Source of the DNA: Orbicella franksi
Taxonomy: Eukaryota
NCBI GenBank assembly: GCA_964199315.1
Contig: OZ116708.1
Coordinates: forward strand, 6,324,001 to 6,388,000
Direction of reading: 5' to 3'
Length of the DNA stretch: 64,000 bases
A model generated the notes under the pieces. The model saw only the letters and a list, made by a program, of their open reading frames with translations, searched no databases and was not told the origin of the DNA. A program made the position numbers and the translations under genes. Shown one piece after another: positions 1 to 11,600 of the stretch. Each line of letters starts with the position of its first letter. Position 1 is the stretch's first letter.

Positions 1-147
1 GTGACCAAAGAAGCATATGCTATCGTGTTGGTCACTGACACGTTCAAAAATAAAAGACAAGACACATCAATTAATAGAAACAATGCAATAAAGGAAGTAA
101 AATGTGAATAACAAAAGTATTCGAAATAAACAAGTTAAATGAATAAA

Positions 148-3100
148 TCATAATGCTGAAGAGTAATATTGAGTATTTAAAAGGTATAGTTTATATTGCT
201 TATAAAAGGAAGTGTAAGGCAGTTTTTTAAATTCTGTTGGAATAATTTCCCAAAGTTTTGATGTAACAAAAGAGAAAGTAGAGGACCCATAGTTATCATT
301 TACTTTTGGCCTATGAAAATTCAAATTCACAGCAAATCTTGTATTGTAGGCATGGACTTCAGATGCCTGAGTAAGGGTTCTATGGAATATAGTTGGAATA
401 TTTGTTGAGTCATTTAAAATTTTATGAGTAAATAAAGCCACTTTTAATTTGTACACATTTTCAAATTTGAGAATTCCTAAAAGACTGTAATATGGTGAAG
501 CATTTTCCCTGCTATAAGCAAAGAATATGCTTCGGACACATTTATTCTGCTTAGTTATGATTTTACGTAGATTAGTTTTACATGCACTACCCCAACTTAT
601 GATAGCATAGGATAAGTATGGATATATGAAAGAATAATACAATTGTTTCAATGTATGAAGATCAACAAAATATCGTAATTTATTAATAATTGCTATATTT
701 TTTGCTAATTTATTATTAATGTGCTGGATCTGCGGTCCCCATTGTAAATTTTGATCCATATAAATACCTAAATACTTAATTTGACTTTTATGTGCAATGT
801 TAGGAATATGTATATACGGTCTTAGTCTTGTAGATGAAATTATCATGTAATTAGTCTTGGTAAGATTTATAGATAGTTTGTTGATGATACAATATTTAAA
901 ACCTAATTTCAATTCCTCATTCATGACATACTCAAGCTGATGCAGATTACCACTTGTATAAAACATATTTGTATCATCAGCAAATATACGGAAGGATAGC
1001 TTTTTTGAGCAGTTAGGTAAGTCATTAATATAAAGCAGGAATAGAAGAGGACCCAAAGTGGATCCCTGTGGTATTCCACAAGTAATGGTTTCAGGACTAG
1101 ATTGGATGCTACCAATCTTAACAAACTGAGTGCGATTATGTAAATAATTTTCAAACCAGTTAAGGGTTATTCCTCGTATGCCATAGTGGTAGAGTTTAGA
1201 TAAAAGAATATTATGGTTCACAGTATCAAATGCTTTAGAAAAATCTAAAAAAACACCACAGGTAACCAGCTTTTTATCCATTGTTTGTTTGAGAGTGTCA
1301 GTGATCTCAAAAATGGCTTGCTCTGTTGAGTGCCCTTTCCTAAAACCAAACTGATATCTATACAGAATGTTGTGTTTTTCCAGAAAATCATATAGTTGAT
1401 TAGAAATTAATTTTTCAAGTACCTTACTGAAAGGTGAAAGAGTTCAAATGGGCCTATAGTTTCCTGGGTCAGTTACATCACCACTTTTGTAAACCGGAGT
1501 AACTTGAGAGGCTTTCAAAATATTTGGTACAACACCAGTTTGTATTGATTGATTATAGATTTGAGTGAAAGGTACTGATAAAGGTTCAGCTGCTATTTTT
1601 ATTAAATTATTAGGTATATCAATTGATGATTTGTTCTTATCTAATGTCTTAAACAAGTTTGAAACCTGGGTTTCTGTAACAGTGGACATAACAAAACCAA
1701 TATCTGGAGATGACGGGATATATTGTGTAGGGTTTTCAAAGCTATCTTCAATTCTGCTGGCCAACCTTGGGCCAACATTGACAAAATGTTTATTAAACTG
1801 ATCAGCAATATCTTCATTACTAGTGAAAGTCTTGTTGTTCCTTACTATTCTTTGAGGTGAGGTCTGTCCCTTTGTTTTCCTTTTAATTAAATTACCAATT
1901 ATTTTCCATGTAGCCTTTAAGTTATTTTTTCATAAGTCAATTTTTTTACAAAAATAGGCTTTCTTATTAATGTTTTTAAGATGGTTTAATCTATTTGAGT
2001 ATTTTTTAAATTCACAAATTTTGACTGGGTCATTGGATAGATAATGGGTTTTGTACATAGCATGTTTAGTTTTAATGGATTTGAGCATTCCCTTTGAGAT
2101 CCAAAGTTTTCTTAATTGCTTTTGTTTATTTCTAGACACTTGTTTTAGGGGTGCATGCTTATTGACAATTGATTTGAGTGTATTAATAGTTCTAGCTGTT
2201 GTTTCATGCAAATTATTACATTTACCACAGATGAAATTCCAATCCACAGCACTGATGTCTTGAAGATATGATTCAGGGTTGAACTTACTGTAGTCTCTGA
2301 AGTAAAGTTGCCCATTTTGTTTTCTAAGTGATGTTTCGACTGTGCAGAAAATTGGTAAATGATCTGAGATATCAACGGCTATAACCCCTGAGATCAACCT
2401 GTTAACTGTATTTGTATAAATATGATCAATTAAGGTTGCAGTATGACTGGTGATTCTAGTGGGTTTTGTTATGACTGGTAATAGATTGTGGGAATAAATC
2501 ATGTCAAGGTATCTACCTGTTTGCAGGTGTGTGTGATGTTTTAAAAGGTCAATATTCATATCCCCTAACATATATACTTCATATCTGTTCATATTTAATT
2601 CTTGCAGAAATTCATTGAGTATCGATGTGAATTCATCCACATTGCAGATGGGTGCTTATAAATGCAGCCAATCATAATATGCTTCTTATTGTTACCAGGG
2701 TCAATTTCAACCCAACAGGATTCTACTGATGAAAGATCTATTATCAAGTCAGGCCTGGGGATAGTTTTAAGAGCATCATTGACATAAATAGCTGTGCCTC
2801 CTGCAAGTTTTGGTGAATCACTATGAAAAAAATTGTAATTTGATAGGTCTACATTTGAGATCGAATTAGGATTTAGTCTGATTTCTGTGACAGCAATTAT
2901 GTCTGGCCTTGAATCAATAGAGTATAGCATGTCATTCAGTAAGGTCAAGTTTTTTGGTAAACTTCTAATATTACAATGGAAAAGAGAAATACCTTTACCT
3001 TGAGCGTTACATAGGATATTATCAAGCTTAGGGATATCATAGTACTCAGACTGAGTATTTATAAACATTAAATCAGGGTCAGCTTCATCATTTTTATCTG

Positions 3101-3230
3101 GATTTGGTAGAAAGTTGGTAGAAAGCTCGATTAATTGATTTATATTCCTAGACCAATTACTAATAGCAAAGCTAAATTCCCTGTCGTCTAAATTATAGAA
3201 GGGAAGAAATTGCAGAGTGTTTACGACATA
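148..3230 (-). pseudogene. LINE ORF2 (APE endonuclease + reverse transcriptase), inactivated
   Basis: APE motifs LFHCNIRSL, IAVTE, IGCIYKHP, GDMNIDLL, TLIDHIY, SDHLPIF. RT motifs FLDFSKAFDTVNH, GIPQGSTLGPLLFLLYINDL, FADDT, KYLGI. Lesions: one frameshift near 2645, and in-frame TGA codons at 1930-1932 and 1444-1446 with the frame continuing across both. Confidence 0.95.
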
Positions 3231-3270
3231 GAATTTGACAATTTAGAGCGGTACATTAAGAGATTATTTT

Positions 3271-3811
3271 CTAAGTATTGCTTATCTGGTCGAGGTAGTC
3301 CTCAAATTCCTCATGCGTAGTAAAAGCTTCTGTGGCAGACGTTTCACTAACTTTCAGCATGATCTTGCCATTACTGGTCCACAGGAACTTGACATTGTTC
3401 TTCCTCTTGTATTCCTTGATTCGTCCAAAGAGCCTTTTACGGTAGCCGGTCAAGGATTCGTTTATGTAGATCTTGTTACTTCGAGAGATGGATTCGCCTA
3501 TTTCAGTTTGTAAAGAAGGCAAATGTCGAATATTCTTTCCAACAAAATGTTTGCGTTTCTTAAATACTTCTTCTCTCTTGTCCCTTTGGAGAAATTTAAC
3601 AATCATTCGATTTTTTACATTTTTCGAGTCTGGAAGCCTGTGAGCATATTCGTCGTAGTATAGGGTTATCAAGACTAGTTTTCGGGACACCAGTGATCTC
3701 TAAGCAATCCCTTCTCAAGTACTGTTGTGTTTCGTCGAGCGAACATTCGATTCGATATAAAGACTCTGCAGTCTTGTCAGCCATGTCCGCCATCTTTGTT
3801 TGTTTCGCTTC
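3271..3811 (-). pseudogene. LINE ORF1, 3' portion (with an internal deletion/frameshift near 3645-3665)
   Basis: QQYLRRDCLEITGVP...AHRLP...IVKF...YINESLT...KFLWTSNGKI motif series typical of ORF1 of this LINE group; split over two frames. Confidence 0.85.
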
Positions 3812-4340
3812 CACTGGAAAAATTGGCAAATTTCCCAATTGGAATTTTGTATGGATATTGTATGGAATTTGTGTGGAAATTGAATATTTTCCAAACATGG
3901 AAATAGTACAAGTTTTCCAAACATGGATTTCGTCCGAATACCAATTTGGATTCTCAAGATACCAAACATGGATTTCCGAAATTTGTGCGAGAACATCATA
4001 CTTGGAAATAAACAAAACCTCATGTGGATTTTATGGCAACAGGTCAACATACTGGGATTTTCCTTTTCCCAAACATGGATTTTCTTTTCCCATACCTGGA
4101 TTTTAACAGAACCCACTGTGTAAAGTAAGAAAACCACACTAGAATTTGCTACTAAATACATGTTTGGATTTGTATCTAAACAAATTTGGTTTCTAACCAC
4201 TTTCCCTATTTTGGAAAAATGGAAAACCATAATGGAAATTAATGTAATTCCAGGGTTGGTATTCAACATACCAAACTTGGTTTTTGGAGTTTTCTGTTTT
4301 GGGATTTGCAGCCTTCCCGCCTGGGAAATTTTAATAGCCA
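3812..4340. repeat. Left TIR and subterminal motif array of the CACTA element
   Basis: CCAAACATGGA occurs at 3891, 3917, 3962 and 4069, a variant at 4090, and an inverted copy near 4159. Confidence 0.85.
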
Positions 4341-5426
4341 ATCGATATCTACACCACAGCTGCACACAATTTAGCAATTAATATATGTGCAACACCCCAG
4401 CTGTCCATTTGTTGGGTCAAGACCAGTGTAATGTAATTTATCTTACAGAGGTGAAAACTAAACAGATAGAGCTTAATTTTAGCATACTCTCTGGTAATTT
4501 TTTATTGTTACTACAAAAATATCATCTGTTTTTGCATCTAAGTCAATAAAATTGATGCAAATTAACAATTAGATTAATTAAATTACAAAGTTGCTGACAA
4601 TAACTACAACTGAACTGCTACATGCTTATGCATGTGACAGCGTTGTTTGTTTCAGGTAAAGAAGTACAAAGTTAAAAGACTTCTGCCTTTCACTACTAAG
4701 TTATTTTGAACTGGGCTTACAGATACATCATGAAGTTAAAAACTGTCCACACTTGATGTACCATAAAAGACAGTAGCAAAAAAAACTAAAAAAGAAAGAA
4801 CTATCCTCAAATAGAATGCTCTCTATTGCATTGTGGAAAAAAAACATAGCTATTAATACAGGTAAAGCCTTTTGTTCTTTAAAAAGGATTCACTCAATTT
4901 TATGCCTTGATTATAATCTTTGTCAGTGATAAATTACAAATCTGAACTGACAGTATGCTTAGAATAATGATAATTATTAACAGTTTCGGGGTGCTTCTGC
5001 TGGGGCCCAAAAGTATATGTCATGCTCTTATTTTTTATTTTATTGGTCCAGCTTTGGCTAAACTGGAAATGTTTTCAGACAAACATGGGAATATAAAAAT
5101 AGATATATATTTTATACTTTTAAGCCCCGCTAATGCACTTTCAGCTTCAAATTCAACAGTTAACTCTCTGGTCTCGAAGGAGTACCCTGCTTCACAGAAA
5201 TCTTACAGAATGTGAACATTTTCACCAACTTGTAGCTGCAAGACTATTTAAACATAGAATACATCCAGCATATATTTTAAGAAAATACTGCTAAGAACAC
5301 TTGAACCGTAAATTTCAACAGTAAACTATCTGGCCTTGCAAAAGTGTGTTGTGGAATTGGTACACAATACCACCTACTTGTTATGGCAAGTCTACTTAAA
5401 CATCCAGTTAAGTACATACTCAGAAA

Positions 5427-8400
5427 TTAAGAGTCCTTTGCTGTAGACTCTTCCAGAATAATCTCCTTGACTACTTTAACATCATCACGAGTCAGTGATC
5501 CCTGATCTTCCTCCTTAGAGTCATGTATGGTAATATAGCCCTCCTTGCGGAGTAAATTTGCAATTGCTCTAATGTGTGTCATCTTGTCCTTGCCTCGTAA
5601 AAGGCCAAGGTTGAAGATTTTTTTCATCTTTTGTAATTGATCCATCTTCACTTCTTTTATGGATGGTTTTCCTAGAACCACCATGACAATTAAATCTGCT
5701 GTGGTCTGAGTCATGTCTAGGATAAAAATAAACAAAATGTTAAAAGAAAGGCTATATTCACATAGTATACATTCAAACCAGGCCACTTGACCATTTAAAT
5801 GTTAATTGAGAACAATGGATAGGCCCCTTTTTTACAAACAGACCAATAGCATTAAAAATACATTTTGTAACCAAGCATAGGCAAATAAATCCTTCTTTAT
5901 CTTAATTTGTTACCTAACCAAGACAAGTCGCTGCGACAAGTCCCCTTGTCTGTTCTGACCTTTAAGAATGCATTCTTGGCAGCAAAATATAATTATTGTC
6001 ATTAGTGTGGTGTTCCAGGAAATATCCATTCCTCTCTCAGGGAAGGTTTTTAGGTTTGAATTTCCAAACCCCAACAGAAATTCCAGTTCATACATCAAAC
6101 TTTCCTTTAAAAATTTTGGCTATTAAGATCCCCCCCCCCCCCCCCTTCCCCACTAGAATTTCCAATGACCTTACATGGACATTTTCTGGCACTCCATACT
6201 CTAAACTAAATACAATTATAATGAAATCATGTTTTACAAACCCATCCCACATTGAGGTTTGAAAACATAACAAAATTAGCCTTGCTTTGTCTCATAAGCT
6301 ACATTTAAGTATAGTTTTTTGGTTCTCAAGATCATGGAACAAAAAAACTGGAAGTCAATATTTATTGGCAGCAATAACTTCTGTAATTCCCTCACCTTCA
6401 TCAAAATAAAGGTTGTACGTTTTCACACGTTGCAACTGAGATGCATATCTGGGTGGACTAGGACTTCCACTACTGGACCCGGCTGACTCGGTTGACTCAG
6501 ATGCACTGTCTGTTGACAGCACTTCTTCTCTGGTAAGGGGTAATTCTTTGTGATGGCATCTCTGCTCCCTGATTTTCTTTAAAACTGTTTCCAGGACTGC
6601 TTCTTTACCTAATCCACACTCTGGAAAAAGATGAGTGTCATCTTCGACCAATTTTGCCACAAACTTGTCTACTTGGATAGCATCTGCCTTATTTCTATAA
6701 ACTGGTAAGGTACTTCCATGTGACCATCTTTTCTCTACTTCCTTTGTAATCTTTTTTTTCCTGGTAAAGGAAATTATTTATTAACAACTGTTTGATCTTA
6801 TTATATTTTTTCTGTTAGACACAGGACCACAAAGTCATCAGAACTTAAGTTGACCATCAAGTGTTACTATAACAATTTGGAAGAGAAATTCAACTCATAA
6901 CATAAAATCATCTTAAATTTTCATCTTTGTGTAATGTTCCAAGTGGTGAGAAGCTCTTGGCATTACAAGTAATCAAGTTAGTTTCATAAAAGCACAAGAT
7001 AAAAATTATGTAAACATGATCCTTAGGTTAACTACCAGAATGGCACACAGAAGACTTTGCATTACTTTTTAGATTAATACCTACTTTGTATTGTAAATGC
7101 TCTTTTCCTTGCAATTTAAGTACTGTCTTTCTTCTGTTGTAAGCAGCCTGTCATAATCCTTGAATGATGATCTTTCAATCTTCTTTCTTTTGTGACCACT
7201 ACCAAAAGGGTGGGAGGTATCTAGAAAAAAAGCAATCAAATAATATTGACAGTTCTGAGATTACATGTGGTTTCCAGTTGTAAGAGTGATTTTATACTCT
7301 GTGTGATGAAGAAGAATACCTCATACACGTAATGCAGAAAAATTTAGATTACTGCAACGATTTGACCCGTCTCCCCCACTCCCCAAAATTTCTTGAGGAT
7401 GGCCTAATCTTGGCAATGCTCTCGTTAAAACTAGAGTTAAATAATAGGTTTGGAAAGAACTTGGCCAAGGAAGAATATTTACCATTCACAACAGGTTTAA
7501 TAGCCATGAGCTCCCTTGAGAAGCGTTCTTTCTTCCCAATTGTAGTCACCCCTAGTTTTTCAAGTGTCGTATCCTCTTCCAGGCGTTTGCTTAATAATGC
7601 TTTTCCATCTATCTCTTCTTCAACAAATTTTTGACCAACAGACTCGCCAAAAAAACTACAAATCCACGTTTTTACTTGTTCTGGTGTCCAGCCTGCAAAT
7701 AAAAAAAGTATCATAACTAGTTCCACAGAAATGGAAGAAACTTACGAGAATAATTCTTGCATAATTCTAAGTTTAAACTAACCATTCTCAACTTGCATTG
7801 TTATGAACAAATGCATTAATAAACAGACTGTGATTAGAAAATTCTTCCGAGAAAAACAGCTCGAACAAGTGAGTTGGAGGTAGCTGAGAAACAGGATGGA
7901 ACGCAACGAGTTCATAAAAAGTACTTCAAATTTATTCACTGATCGTAGCCGCTTCCTAGACTTTGGTCTATAATATGCTATCTTACTCTAACATTTAATA
8001 AAAGCAAGCTTCGACTTGAAAAGTGGGAAGTGATGTTGGACTTTGTCGGTTTAAATTAAATTCGAAGATATTTATATTATCAAGCGAATCCCCCATTTTG
8101 CAATTCGATTTAATTTCGCATTCCATCCAAGTAAACGCACGAAAAAATACTACAGAACAATTTTTTTGGCCTGCCACTTAAGCATTTAACTTGGGTTTCA
8201 CTTCTGCGAAATCGTCGGTAGATTAGAAGCGAAAACAGACCATATAAAACTTACCAACAATGTTCGCGGGTTCAGTTGAAGACACATCTGTTTCCCGCCT
8301 TTCGTTCTGTGGAAATGCAATCATCTTCTCCTTGCGCGCTTCTTTTGCGACTCTTACTTTGACTTTGGGATAAAATTTGCTCCACCTCTTCGTCATTCTC

Positions 8401-8469
8401 AGAAACAGAATCGCCTGCTTGTTGACTGCATAAAGGCGAGGATCGAAAAGCCTTTCCTTTCGACGCCAT
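5427..8469 (-). CDS. Transposon-borne SAM (sterile alpha motif) domain protein, 5 exons, about 380-400 aa
   Basis: Exons 8255-8396 (or 8255-8469 with a frameshift), 7483-7692, 7085-7220, 6396-6760, 5427-5716; all GT-AG with compatible phases. Exon 2 reads WTPEQVKTWI...FVEEEIDGKALL...LEKLGVTTIGKKERF, a SAM pattern. The start codon is ambiguous. Confidence 0.8.
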
Positions 8470-8667
8470 AAATCTGAACACGCTCCCTCACAACGCCCGC
8501 CCAGCTCAGCACGTAAATTCGGCGAAGAGGGCGGGAAAATGGTTGCACAGTCCTTTATACCAAGACTGCTCCCATCTGATTGGTTGCTGAAGCTTTCCGT
8601 CCATTTGATTGGTTCCAACGAAACCGGTTGGACGCTGTCCTGTCGGACTGACTGCTCATATGACAAG
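8470..8667. promoter_or_regulatory. Putative bidirectional promoter inside the transposon
   Basis: 198 bp, CpG-rich, between divergent ATGGCG starts (8469 minus, 8668 plus). GGGCGGG at 8529; GATTGGTT (inverted CCAAT) at 8578 and 8607. Confidence 0.6.
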
Positions 8668-11600
8668 ATGGCGGATCTTGCAGCCGCTTCTTTGTGTTTC
8701 TGTACTGAAAGAAATTCCGTTCATGTTCATTGCCCCTGCCAAGAATGCCGTGGAAAACCTGTAAATTATAAAACTCAGGAAAGACATCTTTCAGCCTTGA
8801 GACTGTTGCAACAAGAAAACAGTAAGTTTATTTTACTGTCGAATGTTTAGAAACGCCTCTACAAATTAACTGAGTTCTCGATCGATCCGTCGGAGCAGCT
8901 AGCTAGACGTGCACATTATGGACATAAAATAGGTATAGGCTTACAATTTGAAACATGTTTCTATATTTTTTGGTTAACGGAGGTAAATAAGTACTGCTTT
9001 ACTGATAAACGTAACGACAAGCAACGTAAAAACAGCCCTATTCAACTAGTAGTTTCCATGTTTTTTATTAACCAAGTTTTTGCAACTGGTGTGACAAATC
9101 TTCAACTATCCTCATGCAGGGTGGCAGTTTAAATTTGTTTTGGATATAAAAAATATAAATAGAAAAAGATGTTGTGTCTGTCAAATAATTATTAGGAATC
9201 TCACACAAAGAAAACCAAAGACTAAACTAGTTTTTAACTATTTCTATTATATAATTACCAGCTTCAGGGATTAGTTCAATGTTACCGGAAACCAGTCTCC
9301 CTGAAAGTCACCTGGATAACTCAGCTGTTCCAAGTTGTTCTGAAGATTATGTGGAAGGGAATGAATGCTCTTCATCATTAAGTGGCTGTGGTAGCTTTGA
9401 CAATTATGATGGCACTGTTTTTAGTGGAACCTATACAGAGTTTGGTTCCCATAGTTCAAGCAATTTAAGAGGGAATCCAGAGGAAGCTGAAGAAGGTGTA
9501 ATTGAGGATGACACATTGGAAGACAAACTCAGAGATGCCATTGTATGTGCCATATTTGAAGCACTTGATCTTTTGCATGAGACAAAGGGATCTTTGAAAA
9601 ACTTTGAGGAGCTATTAACAATGGCTAGACACATGTACTGCAAGGGAGCTGGTTTGGGGGAAGATGATGAAACAGTCAAGAAAAAATGGCCCAATAACTG
9701 GACTGCTGCGAGGCAAATGCTAATTGCAGAAGGTTATGAAGATGCTAAAGAGTACTTCATATGTTTCAGTGATGTATATCCACAACATTGGGACATTTTA
9801 GAATCTCAGTCAGATTTATGCCGCCATTGTGGAGAAAAAGGTGCCATTCCCTATTATTATTTGGGTCTCAAAGGAAAGATTAAGCGCTGGTGTCACATCT
9901 GGATATGTGTTACAAACTCTTATCACACTGGAGAGAAAAAGAACATTGGCTGAATAGAAATGAAGGCTGGCATACAAAGAAAGAACTATGGGATGGGAAG
10001 CGATTTGCAGAATTATCATGGTTCTGGGATTCCAATACTGAGTATTGCCTGCCGGTCCGATGTCAGTATCCTGGATGTAGCAATATAATTTCAGCTGAGA
10101 CAGTTTTAGCAGCTGATGAAAATGAAGATGGATACCATAAAGTGAGATGTGATTGCCGTCATAGTACCTTCCATGTTCAAGCAAAATATGTTAGAGGAGA
10201 TCCTCGAAACATTGCTTTTGTGGGTGAGTTACAGTGCAGATAGAACTGTTGTAAGTTCAGGGAAGGTTTTTGTGTTATTGTGTTTTTGAAATTGGCAAAG
10301 TAAAAACAGTGGTTAATTATTTGGCACATCTTAAGGGCAGTGTAATACTGTCTGACTTGTGGTCACAATCCACCAACAGCAGTCACCTAACAGTACAGAA
10401 AGTGATCTTTTTTTGCTATAGTGAAGATAATTTGAATTAGCTGTCACATTAAGTATACATTTAGACAATTGTTAAAATATTTTCTTTACATTTTTTTGAT
10501 GTTTGTTTAATAGCTCACTGGGACGGGTTTCAACTGTTTGGATCAAGCCACAGATCAACAGGTTATGCTTCTCAATTTTAGTGGTTGGTTTACACATGAT
10601 ATATATTAAAGTACACACTGAAATATTATTTATATTTATGGACTTACAGTTTCCTATACAGTTATTCCATTGTACAGTGTAGATCAACATGTATTCTACA
10701 ATAAAAGTCTATTGTCTTTTTGAATGCTTTTAGAAGTCTTCACAAGAAAACAATAACAGCAAAACCATTTCTTTCCCACTAACATTTTATTTTTATCCTG
10801 ATGAGTTTTAACCTTAAAAAGGTAAGTGTACTGGAACATTATTCATCTGTTTATTTTGTGCCATATTTGTAGGAACAATTGATGTTCAAGTTGCAACAGT
10901 TTCAAAGCAAGATAGACAACACACAGTTGAAGTGTACACTGTTGGATTTGTACCATCATACCTATTGCCTGATTCACGACCTGTTAGCCTGGATCCCTTT
11001 CTTGATCCACTTGTAAGAGACTTTGAAGATGGATTCATTGAAGGTTATTTATATTTATATTTACTATGGTTTTATTAGGAAGATAAGTAGCAAGATTTGG
11101 CTTTGTGCAGGTTGTACATTTTGACTAATTAAAATTAGGGTTTGGGGATAGATCAAGATAAGTAATACCATTGATCTTAAAGATCTTTAGTGAAGGTATT
11201 TACTAGTCAATATTATTCTTCAGTCAATATTTAATTCTCAATTAAATTGATATAAAAAAGTGATAACTTGTGTCAATTTGACTCCTTATTAAATTGTGTT
11301 AGAGGGTGTTAAAATGTTAACTTTTCAAATAAACAGTTAAACATTGGTTTAAATTTATCTTTGGTTTGAAATTTTTCAAACCAGTTTAAATTTGAACCAC
11401 AACATCTACATTAAGGCAATTAAATTAGAAGCTAAAATACTTTTAATTACTTTTTACTTTTAGGTATAGAAGTTGACTATAAATTAAAGGTTGATTGTTT
11501 TTCTGAGGGAAAGATGATTATTCGACATTTGCTGTTATTGTGGACAGGAGACCACCCTGCACAATGTGAGGTGTGCAAATCAAAGTCATCTGGTGGTAAG

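Noticed and set aside
3785-3800. AAGATGGCGGA next to the insertion site matching the transposase start context
   Set aside because: It is native LINE coding sequence (TKMAD), and an 11-bp match to a common motif is weak evidence for targeting.
3693-4381. Overlapping ORFs of 66-220 aa at the left transposon end
   Set aside because: They arise from stop-poor repeated motifs; repetitive W/I/F-rich translation with no domain.
9885-9953. Programmed ribosomal frameshift in the transposase
   Set aside because: There is no slippery heptamer at the break, exon length fits a simple 1-nt deletion, and two other lesions are present.
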